The notes beneath the pieces were generated by a model, which saw only the letters and a program-made list of their open reading frames with translations, did not search any database and had not been told where the DNA came from. The position numbers were made by a program, and so were the translations under genes. Shown one piece after another: positions 17,405-25,694 of a DNA stretch of 64,000 nt. Origin of the DNA: Maricaulis sp. (lineage in GTDB: Bacteria > Pseudomonadota > Alphaproteobacteria > Caulobacterales > Maricaulaceae). The DNA is taken from assembly GCF_048269565.1 (NCBI RefSeq), contig NZ_JBLXIK010000009.1:12487-76486 (forward strand), in the 5' to 3' direction. Positions within the stretch are counted from its first letter, which is position 1. Each line of letters begins with the position of its first letter.

Positions 17405-18288
17405 CCCGGGGTCCCTTCGGATTTGAGGACGGCCTCGGCGACGCTGCGCGCGGCGCGGCCGTATTCGGGTTCATTGAGGGCGAAGGCGAGCGTGGCCCGC
17501 AGATAGCCCAGCTTGTCGCCGCAATCATATGAGCTGCCTTCATACTCCACGGCGTGGAAGTCCTGGTGCTGCATCAGGCGCGCCATCGCGTCGGTCAGCT
17601 GGATTTCGCCTCCGGCACCGGCGGCCTGGTCCTCGAGATACTTGAAGATCGAGCCCTGCAGGATGTAGCGGCCGGTGATGGCGAGATTTGACGGCGCCTT
17701 GTCCACGTCCGGCTTCTCGACCATGCCGCGCATGCGGATACGATTGCCCTGGCGTTCGATCGGGTCGATGACGCCGTATTTGTCGACATTCTCCGGGGCG
17801 ACCTGTTCGACGGCGATGATATTGCCGCCGGTCTCCTCATAGGCGGCGACCATCTGTGCCAGGCAGCTGGGCTCGGCGCGCACCAGAACATCGGGCAGCA
17901 GGATGGCGAAGGGATCATCGCCGATAATGTCGCGCGCACACCAGATCGCATGCCCGAGACCGAGCGGCGCCTGCTGGCGCACGAAGCTCATCGAGCCGGG
18001 GGTGGCCCGCGTCTGGTCGAGGATCTCGAGAATGTCCGTCTTGCCCTTGCCCTGCAAGGTGGCCTCGAGCTCGTAGGCGCGGTCGAAATAATCCTCGATC
18101 GCGCCCTTGTTGCGCCCGGTGACGAAGACGAAATGCTCGATGCCGGCAGCGATCGCCTCGTCGACGACATACTGGATCGCCGGGCGGTCGAACACCGGCA
18201 GCATTTCCTTCGGGATGGATTTGGTGGCGGGCAGGACGCGTGTTCCCAAGCCGGCAACCGGCAGGACGGCTTTGCGGACTCGCTTCAT
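17401..18288 (-). CDS. galU: UTP--glucose-1-phosphate uridylyltransferase
   Basis: ATG at 18288 is preceded by GGAGAG. MKRVRKAVLPVAGLGTRVLPATKSIPKEMLPV is the GalU signature. Confidence 0.9.
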   Translation of the reverse strand: MKRVRKAVLPVAGLGTRVLPATKSIPKEMLPVFDRPAIQYVVDEAIAAGIEHFVFVTGRNKGAIEDYFDRAYELEATLQGKGKTDILEILDQTRATPGSMSFVRQQAPLGLGHAIWCARDIIGDDPFAILLPDVLVRAEPSCLAQMVAAYEETGGNIIAVEQVAPENVDKYGVIDPIERQGNRIRMRGMVEKPDVDKAPSNLAITGRYILQGSIFKYLEDQAAGAGGEIQLTDAMARLMQHQDFHAVEYEGSSYDCGDKLGYLRATLAFALNEPEYGRAARSVAEAVLKSEGTPG

Positions 18289-18422
18289 GACGGGCGCTCT
18301 CCATGTCTCTATCGTTGGCAAACGCCTATCGGATCAAACAACTGCCGTCCAGCTTACGCATTCACTTCGCGTAAGGGTCGAGCTCCTATATGGTTTGCAT
18401 AAACCAGTTTCTGGATGCGCGC

Positions 18423-19769
18423 ATGGGCAAGAAATACTTTGGCACGGACGGTGTCCGCGGTCTCACCAATGCTTTCCCGATGACAGCAGAGACCGCGTTG
18501 CGGCTCGGCATGGCGGCGGGGCGGCATTTCGTGCGCCATAATGGCCGCCACTCGGTCGTGATCGGCAAGGATACGCGCCTGTCCGGCTATATGATCGAAT
18601 CGGCGCTGGTCGCCGGATTCACCTCGGTCGGGATGGATGTGTTCCAGTTCGGCCCCCTGCCGACCCCGGCGGTGTCACTGATGACGCGGTCCTTGCGCGC
18701 CGATCTCGGTGTGATGATCACCGCCTCGCACAATCCCTATCATGACAATGGCATCAAGCTGTTCGGACCGGAGGGCAAGAAGCTCGACGATGTGACCGAG
18801 CTGCAGATCGAGGCGCTGATGGATGGCAGCCTCAGCGAGGAACTGGCAGCACCTTCCGACCTTGGCCGCGCCAAGCGGATCGATGATGCCCAGGCGCGCT
18901 ATGTCGAGATCGTCAAATCCACCTTCCCGCGCACCCAGCGCCTGTCCAGCCTTCGCCTGGTGATCGATTGTGCCAATGGCGCGGCCTACAAGGTGGCTCC
19001 GACAGCGCTGTGGGAGCTGGGCGCCGACGTGATCCCGATCGGCGTCGAACCGAATGGTTTCAACGTCAATGAGGATTGCGGCTCGACCGCGCCGGCGCGG
19101 CTGGCCAAGGAAGTCGTGAAATACCGCGCCGATCTCGGCATTGCCCTCGATGGCGATGGCGACCGCCTGATCCTGTGCGATGAAAAGGGCCGTGTGATTG
19201 ATGGCGACCAGATCCTCGCCATGCTCGCGCGTCACTGGAACCGGACCGGCGAGCTGGCCAAGCCGGCCATTGTCGCGACGGTGATGTCCAATCTCGGCCT
19301 TGAGCGTTTTCTCGAGGGCGAGGGCATTGCCCTTGAACGCACCCAGGTCGGTGATCGCTATGTCTCCGAGCGGATGAAGGAGACCGGGATCAATCTCGGC
19401 GGCGAAGCCTCGGGTCATATCGTGATGCCGGATTTCTCGCCGACCGGCGACGGGCTGATCGCGGCGCTGCAGGTCCTGCGCGTGCTGGTCGATTCCGGCG
19501 AGCCGGCCAGCTCGGTGTTCCGCGTCTTCAAGCCGGCGCCGCAATTGCTCGAGAATGTCCGTGTCGGCAAGGGCAAGTCACCGCTCACCAGCGAGGCGGT
19601 GAAAGCCGCGATTGCCGAGGCGGAGCAGCGCATGGGCAGCGATGGCCGGCTTCTGGTGCGGGCGTCGGGTACCGAACCGGTGATCCGGGTGATGGCCGAG
19701 GGCGAAATGAAGCTGATCCGCAGCGTGGTTGACGATGTCCGTTCGGCGATCGAACGCGCGGCTGCTTAG
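18423..19769 (+). CDS. glmM: Phosphoglucosamine mutase
   Basis: [13 protein letters not shown]..., the active-site loop [14 protein letters not shown] and DGDGDR. Confidence 0.9.
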   Translation: MGKKYFGTDGVRGLTNAFPMTAETALRLGMAAGRHFVRHNGRHSVVIGKDTRLSGYMIESALVAGFTSVGMDVFQFGPLPTPAVSLMTRSLRADLGVMITASHNPYHDNGIKLFGPEGKKLDDVTELQIEALMDGSLSEELAAPSDLGRAKRIDDAQARYVEIVKSTFPRTQRLSSLRLVIDCANGAAYKVAPTALWELGADVIPIGVEPNGFNVNEDCGSTAPARLAKEVVKYRADLGIALDGDGDRLILCDEKGRVIDGDQILAMLARHWNRTGELAKPAIVATVMSNLGLERFLEGEGIALERTQVGDRYVSERMKETGINLGGEASGHIVMPDFSPTGDGLIAALQVLRVLVDSGEPASSVFRVFKPAPQLLENVRVGKGKSPLTSEAVKAAIAEAEQRMGSDGRLLVRASGTEPVIRVMAEGEMKLIRSVVDDVRSAIERAAA

Positions 19770-20103
19770 CGGCCCTGTCATCAGACCGAGAGGCATCTTC
19801 TCGGTGATCCGCTGCCGGAAAGCTTTGCCTGTTTCAGATTCAGCAGCGTCGACGTCTTCTTCGTCATACCGGTTTCATCATCCGCCATCTCTACGGCAAA
19901 GTGTCGGGGCCGAGGCCGCGCTTCTTCCTGGCGCGGCTGAACCACTATCTGCTCGAACGTCCAATGTTGCGGGCCGGGAAAAAGCTTATCCGCCGCCTCG
20001 CGCCGAATCCGGCCCCGGTCCGGCCGGATTAGCGGCAATCTTTCCTTGCGCAGGCACGCTGGGTCAGCGATACCGGACGCAATCAAAGCAGGAGTAAATC
20101 GAC

Positions 20104-21414
20104 ATGCGCGTAGCAATGATCGGAACGGGATATGTGGGCCTGGTTTCTGGTGCCTGTTTTGCCGATTTTGGCCATGAGGTCATCTGTGTCGACAAGAATG
20201 TCGAAAAGGTCGAGACGCTCCGCTCCGGTGGCATTCCCATTTACGAGCCGGGCCTGGATCTTCTGGTGCAGCGCAATGTCCGCGAAAACCGGTTGAGCTT
20301 CACCCAGGACCTGACCGAAGCCGTGCGCGATGCCGATGCGGTCTTTATCGCCGTCGGCACCCCGAGCCGGCGCGGCGACGGCTTTGCCGATCTGAGCTAT
20401 GTCTACGCGGCAGCGAAGGAAATCGCTGAGGTCATGAATGGCTACACCGTGATCGTGACCAAATCGACCGTCCCGGTCGGCACCGGCGACGAGGTCGAGC
20501 GCATCATCCGCGAAACCCGGCCCGATGCCGATTTCGCGGTCGTCTCCAATCCTGAATTCCTGCGCGAAGGCGCGGCGATCGATGATTTCAAGCATCCCGA
20601 CCGTGTCGTCGTCGGCACTGATGACGAGCGGGCGCGTACCGTGATGCACGATATCTACCGGCCGCTCTTCCTCAATGAGACGCCGATCGTCTTCACCTCC
20701 CGGCGCACGTCGGAACTGATCAAATACGCCGCCAACTCCTTCCTCGCCCTCAAGATCACTTTCATCAACGAGATGGCGGATCTGTGCGAGGCGGTGGGCG
20801 CGAATGTGCAGGAAGTCGCCCGCGGCGTCGGCCTCGACAATCGCATCGGCGGCAAATTCCTGCATGCCGGACCGGGCTATGGCGGCTCCTGCTTCCCCAA
20901 GGACACGCTGGCGCTGACGCGCACGGCCCAGGAAGCCGGCGCGCCGCTGCGCCTGATCGAGACCGTGGTCGACGTCAATGACGCCCGCAAGCGCGCCATG
21001 GCCAAAAAGGTCGTCGAGGCCTGTGATGGCGATGTGTCCGGCAAGACGGTGGCCGTGCTCGGCCTGACCTTCAAACCGAACACCGATGACATGCGCGACG
21101 CGCCGAGCCTGGAAATCGTGCCGGCCCTGCAAAAGGCCGGCGCCCGGATCAAGGCGTTTGACCCGGCCGGAACCCTGGAAGCGGAAAAGCTCCTGTCCGG
21201 CGTCGAGTTCGTCTCGGGACCCTATTTCTGCGCCGAGGACGCCGATGTGCTGGTGATCATCACCGAGTGGAACGAGTTCCGCGCGCTTGATCTCGACCGG
21301 ATCAAGGCGGTGATGCGGGCACCGGTGATTGTCGACCTGCGCAATATCTACTCACCTGAGGAAATGATCGCTGCCGGTTTCGCCTATTCCAGCGTCGGAC
21401 GGCCAACGGCCTGA
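20104..21414 (+). CDS. ugd: UDP-glucose 6-dehydrogenase
   Basis: MRVAMIGTGYVGLVSGACFADFGHEV...GGSCFPKD catalytic-Cys motif. RBS AGGAG lies upstream. Confidence 0.9.
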   Translation: MRVAMIGTGYVGLVSGACFADFGHEVICVDKNVEKVETLRSGGIPIYEPGLDLLVQRNVRENRLSFTQDLTEAVRDADAVFIAVGTPSRRGDGFADLSYVYAAAKEIAEVMNGYTVIVTKSTVPVGTGDEVERIIRETRPDADFAVVSNPEFLREGAAIDDFKHPDRVVVGTDDERARTVMHDIYRPLFLNETPIVFTSRRTSELIKYAANSFLALKITFINEMADLCEAVGANVQEVARGVGLDNRIGGKFLHAGPGYGGSCFPKDTLALTRTAQEAGAPLRLIETVVDVNDARKRAMAKKVVEACDGDVSGKTVAVLGLTFKPNTDDMRDAPSLEIVPALQKAGARIKAFDPAGTLEAEKLLSGVEFVSGPYFCAEDADVLVIITEWNEFRALDLDRIKAVMRAPVIVDLRNIYSPEEMIAAGFAYSSVGRPTA

Positions 21415-21508
21415 GGCCTGGGGGCTCTGTTTTGCGCCGCCGGAAGCATGCCGCCCAACCCGGGATCCGATCCCGGGGTTTGCAGAATTGCGGCCATGCC
21501 ATAGGTAG

Positions 21509-23059
21509 GTGCTCCAAACTTTCAGATGGATGCCCATGATGAGCCAGACCCCCAAAGCGAGCCTGAAACCGAACACCTCCGCGTTCGAAAATGAAGCGCT
21601 GATCAAGCCGACCGGGTTCCGTGAATATGATGCGCGCTGGTGGTTCGGCCATCCGGGCTCCGATGTCGCGCCGGACCTCAATCTCTATGGCGTGCAGGCG
21701 CTGGGGCTGGGTCTGGGGACGCTGATCCATGAGCTTGGCGTCGCACCGAAAATCGCCGTCGGGCATGATTTCCGCAGCTATTCGCTGAGCGTCAAACAGG
21801 CGCTGGAAGTCGGGCTGATGGATGCCGGGATCGAAGTCCATGATATCGGGCTGGCGCTGTCGCCAACGGCCTATTTTGCCCAGTTCGACCTGGATCTGCC
21901 CTGCGTGGCGATGGTCACCGCCAGCCATAATTCCAATGGCTGGACCGGGGTGAAGATGGGGGCCGAGCGCCCGCTGACCTTCGGCCCCGACGAGATGTCG
22001 CGCCTGAAGGAGATCGTTCTGGGCGGGCAGGGAAAATCGCGCGCCGGCGGCGGCTATGTCCGCGAAACCGGTGTGGCGGAACGCTATCTCGCCGATGTCG
22101 CGGACGGTACGAAAATATCCCGCCCGCTCAAGGTCGTCGCGGCCTGCGGCAATGGCACGGCTGGCGCGTTTGCACCACAGGCGCTGCGCGCGATGGGCGT
22201 CGAGGTGGTCGAGCTCGATTGCGAGCTCGATCACAGTTTCCCGCGCTACAATCCCAATCCCGAAGACATGAAGATGCTGCACGCGATCCGCGATGCCGTG
22301 CTCGAGCACAAGGCCGATGTCGGCCTCGGTTTCGACGGCGATGGCGATCGTTGCGGTGTTGTCGACAATGAGGGCGAGGAGATCTTCGCCGACAAGATCG
22401 GCCTGATGCTGGCGCGCGACCTGGCGCCGCTTTATCCCAATTCTACCTTCGTGGTCGATGTGAAGTCGACCGGCCTGTTCGCGATCGATCCGGTGCTGGC
22501 CGAGCATGGCTGCAAGACCGATTACTACAAGACCGGCCACTCCTACATCAAGCGCCGCTCGCGCGAGCTGGGCGCCCTGGCCGGTTTCGAGAAGTCCGGG
22601 CATTTCTTCCTGCAGCCCCCGATCGGCCGCGGCTATGATGACGGCCTCGTCGCGGCGCGCGCCATCCTGCAAATGCTCGACCGCAACCCCGGCCGCTCGA
22701 TGGCCGACCTGCGCCGCGCCCTGCCGGTCAGCTTTGGCTCACCGACCATGTCGCCGGCCTGTGGTGACGAGGTCAAATACGGCGTCGTCGAACGGATCGT
22801 CGCCGATATCCAGGCGCGTCAGGCGGCGGGCGAAAAGGTTGCCGGGCGCAAGATCATCGATGTCAACAACGTCAATGGCGTCCGCTTCACCCTCGAGGGC
22901 GGGGCCTGGGGCCTGGTGCGGGCGAGTTCCAACACGCCCAATCTGGTTGTGGTCATCGAGAGCACCGAATCCGCCGCCGATGTCGCCTCGGTGTTCGCGG
23001 CCATCGAAGATATTCTGTCGGCCTATCCGGAAGTCGGCGAGTTCGACCAGAAGCTCTGA
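21509..23059 (+). CDS. Phosphomannomutase/phosphoglucomutase (AlgC/ManB-type)
   Basis: TASHNSNGWTGVK phosphoserine loop, FDGDGDRCG metal loop and GFEKSGH sugar-binding loop. The start is uncertain, with in-frame ATGs at 21530, 21536 and 21539. Confidence 0.85.
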   Translation: MLQTFRWMPMMSQTPKASLKPNTSAFENEALIKPTGFREYDARWWFGHPGSDVAPDLNLYGVQALGLGLGTLIHELGVAPKIAVGHDFRSYSLSVKQALEVGLMDAGIEVHDIGLALSPTAYFAQFDLDLPCVAMVTASHNSNGWTGVKMGAERPLTFGPDEMSRLKEIVLGGQGKSRAGGGYVRETGVAERYLADVADGTKISRPLKVVAACGNGTAGAFAPQALRAMGVEVVELDCELDHSFPRYNPNPEDMKMLHAIRDAVLEHKADVGLGFDGDGDRCGVVDNEGEEIFADKIGLMLARDLAPLYPNSTFVVDVKSTGLFAIDPVLAEHGCKTDYYKTGHSYIKRRSRELGALAGFEKSGHFFLQPPIGRGYDDGLVAARAILQMLDRNPGRSMADLRRALPVSFGSPTMSPACGDEVKYGVVERIVADIQARQAAGEKVAGRKIIDVNNVNGVRFTLEGGAWGLVRASSNTPNLVVVIESTESAADVASVFAAIEDILSAYPEVGEFDQKL

Positions 23060-23096
23060 TCCTCCCGCTTCGATCCCCCACTTCCGGTTGCCGCGA

Positions 23097-25622
23097 TCAG
23101 CGCTCGTGGAACGCGAGCGCGGCAGCGCGGATGGTGACAGAGCCCATATATTCGTTTGAATAGGCATGGTCGGCGCCTGGCTCGCTGGCCGCCGGCAGTA
23201 GTTCAACCAGAACGCGGCCTGTGCCGGGCGGCAGGTTGAAGGGGATCGTCAGGCGCACACTGTTCTCGGTGAAGTCTGCGGACCATTCGAGCTGTCTGGC
23301 GCTGCGGCGGGCGATGACCCGTCCGGCTGCTCCATCAACCAGGAAATCATATTTCGTGTCGGCGGGATCAACCGTGATCCGGATGACCGGCAGGCTGGCG
23401 CGTGGCCGATCCAGCACGAATTCCAGCGTTGCCGAATCGGCATTCGGGTGCAGTTCGAGGACGGAAGCGGCGATTTCGAACCGGGCAGTCTGGTAGGAGT
23501 TTTCGGCGCTGTCGCTCGCCAGAAGCCCGGCGGCCGAGCCATACAGTCCGGCGCCCTCCCAGCCGGCCGGATCAAGCAGCGAGAGCTGCGGCTCGATCGT
23601 CAGGGCAAGCTCGGGGGCTTGCGCCTGCAGTGAGGCCGCACCGTCGGATCCAATGAAAGAGCGGAATTGCGCGATAATATCCGCGTCGGCACGCAGGGCC
23701 TCGCCAAGCCGTTCCGAGCCACGCCAGCTGAGATGGTCGCGGTCGTAATAGGAAAACTCGCCGTCGATTACGCCTCTGCACGTCGCGCCCTCGCAAAGAT
23801 AGTCATTGAAGTCGACAAAGCGCGCGCCCAGCGATTCCGCTGTCATGCGTATGACGGTGTTGACCTCGTCAGCGACCCCACGGTCTGCGGCCGACCTGTC
23901 AGCGCAGCGCAGGAAGGGGAAATGCAACGCCTTGATCGGGCAGGTCGGATCGGTTTGCGCCAGTTGCGGAACGCGCCCGATCACCATGACCGCCGCGCCC
24001 TCCTCTGTCAGCGCCCGGATCGTGTCGCTCAGGGCGCCAAGGAAGGCCTGTCCGTTGCGTGACAGGTGGTTTTCCCAATTCGCCGCCAGGATGATGTGAT
24101 CGTAATCCGGCAGGATATCGCGGACCATGTCCACGGACGCCTCGCAGCTATTGCTGAAGCGCGCCGCCGCGAAGCGGCCCGGATTGGTCAGGAGTGGAGG
24201 ACAGGACGAAATCGAGACGTTTCTGAAGCCGAATCCCGCTTCATCGGCGATCTCGCGAACGGCTCCGACATAGTGTCCCGAATTGGAGTCACCCCACATC
24301 AGGACGGGAGGCTCTTCATCTGCATTGATGCGGCAGGCCGGGTCGGTCAACATCGTGTCGCGCAGCATGAAACGCTGGCAGACATACCCGGCATCGGTGG
24401 ACTTGCCGGACTCGGCAAACATCTGTTCAACCTGTGCCACATAGGTGGAATCGATGCGCCACAGGCCGAAACCGCCGGTCGCGAAGACGGCTGCCGTGAC
24501 GATGGCGAGCGCGGCGGTCGGGGCGGCGAAATAGATGGTGAAAATCCGCGAGAGCGGGGCTTTGGTCCGGCGCAGCGGCTGCTCGACCAGCCGGTAGGAC
24601 AGGATGGAGGCGGCGATCATGACGACGAAACAGAGCAGTTTCAGCTGCAGATCGAGATCGCCGGTCAGATAGCGCGTGAAGGCCAGAACCGGCCAGTGCC
24701 ACAGATAGAGCGAGTAGGAGATCAGGCCGATCCAGACCGCCGGCCGGAAGGACAGCGCCCGGTTGACCAGCGAACCGCCGACACTGCCGGTATAGATCAG
24801 CCCGACGGAGCCGAGCGTCACCGGGATGGCGAGGAAGCCCGGGAAGGTGTCGCCTTCATGGATGAAGACCAGGCTGCCGGCAATCAGGGCCAGCGAGATC
24901 AGGGCGAGGGCTTCGCGCAGCAGGCGCGGCAGCTGGACGTCGCGATAACGGTGCCGGACGACCAGCAGGCAGATCGCGCCGGCGAGCAGTTGGCCGGCGC
25001 GCATGGGCAGCATGTAGTAGGCCGTCATCGGTGCGGCCGGTGCCACCAGTTGCGCCAGTACAAAGGAGACCAGCGCCACGATTCCGAGCCCGATGAGGAT
25101 GAAGCGGCCATAGCGCCGCGAACCCCAGGCCGCCAGCACCAGTGGCCAGAGCAGGTAGAATTGCTCCTCGACGCCGAGCGTCCACAGGTGCAGCAACGGA
25201 ATAGTGGTGGAATCATCGGCGAAATAGCCGGTATCAACCGAGAACAGGAAGTAGAAATTGGCCAGCGACAGCGCCGAGAATACCGAGGAAAGCGTGAGGT
25301 CCTTGAAGTCGGCCGGCAGCATGACGAGCTGTCCGACCAAAAGCGTCACGAACAGCAGTGCCATCAGCGCGGGCACGATGCGTTTGATCCGGCGCTGATA
25401 GAAGCCGGCAATGCTGAAACTGCCCCTGCCGATGTCGGCCGTGATATTGCCGGTGATGAGGAAGCCGGAAATCACGAAGAAGATGTCGACGCCGATGAAG
25501 CCGCCGGGCACCCAGCTCTTGTCGATGTGGAAGAGCACGACGGCCATCACGGCAATCGCGCGCAAACCGTCAATATCAGGCCGGTAGTTCGACGTGGTTC
25601 CGGAGTGCGGGTAGGTCATCAA
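23097..25622 (-). CDS. Acyltransferase-3 (OafA/YrhL-type) membrane O-acyltransferase fused to an SGNH domain plus an extra C-terminal domain of about 190 aa
   Basis: 841 aa. AT3 signature: DIDGLRAIAVMAVVLFHI...GFIGVDIFFVISGFLITG, with about 10 TM segments. Then an SGNH-like part (LMWGDSNSGHY ... DRDHLS). The tail of about 190 aa has no motif I recognise. Confidence 0.85.
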   Translation of the reverse strand: MMTYPHSGTTSNYRPDIDGLRAIAVMAVVLFHIDKSWVPGGFIGVDIFFVISGFLITGNITADIGRGSFSIAGFYQRRIKRIVPALMALLFVTLLVGQLVMLPADFKDLTLSSVFSALSLANFYFLFSVDTGYFADDSTTIPLLHLWTLGVEEQFYLLWPLVLAAWGSRRYGRFILIGLGIVALVSFVLAQLVAPAAPMTAYYMLPMRAGQLLAGAICLLVVRHRYRDVQLPRLLREALALISLALIAGSLVFIHEGDTFPGFLAIPVTLGSVGLIYTGSVGGSLVNRALSFRPAVWIGLISYSLYLWHWPVLAFTRYLTGDLDLQLKLLCFVVMIAASILSYRLVEQPLRRTKAPLSRIFTIYFAAPTAALAIVTAAVFATGGFGLWRIDSTYVAQVEQMFAESGKSTDAGYVCQRFMLRDTMLTDPACRINADEEPPVLMWGDSNSGHYVGAVREIADEAGFGFRNVSISSCPPLLTNPGRFAAARFSNSCEASVDMVRDILPDYDHIILAANWENHLSRNGQAFLGALSDTIRALTEEGAAVMVIGRVPQLAQTDPTCPIKALHFPFLRCADRSAADRGVADEVNTVIRMTAESLGARFVDFNDYLCEGATCRGVIDGEFSYYDRDHLSWRGSERLGEALRADADIIAQFRSFIGSDGAASLQAQAPELALTIEPQLSLLDPAGWEGAGLYGSAAGLLASDSAENSYQTARFEIAASVLELHPNADSATLEFVLDRPRASLPVIRITVDPADTKYDFLVDGAAGRVIARRSARQLEWSADFTENSVRLTIPFNLPPGTGRVLVELLPAASEPGADHAYSNEYMGSVTIRAAALAFHER

Positions 25623-25694
25623 TCTGCTCTTTTGGCTTGAAACCAGGCCGCGCTATCGCAGCAGGAGGGGATCAGTGGGGCGATCCGGCAGGGG

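Noticed and set aside
19770-20103. A 334-bp gap between glmM and ugd containing tracked ORFs 19729-20097 (+) and 19781-20116 (-), and a third highly basic frame
   Set aside because: None has a plausible start with an RBS. Their compositions are Arg/Pro/Ser-rich, and they overlap the glmM 3' end or the ugd 5' end. I saw only a weak 7-bp hairpin after glmM. I left the region as non-coding promoter/UTR, although an sRNA cannot be excluded without expression data.
20083-22672. ORFs 20083-21132 (-) and 21302-22672 (-), of 349 and 456 aa
   Set aside because: They are antisense to ugd and PMM/PGM, both of which have canonical active-site motifs. I recognised no motifs in the antisense translations.
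24066-25640. A 524-aa plus-strand ORF across the first acyltransferase gene, plus similar ones at 26541-27203 and 27546-27962
   Set aside because: The translations are extremely Arg/Gly/Asp/Gln-rich and non-protein-like. The opposite strand encodes clear AT3 transmembrane segments.
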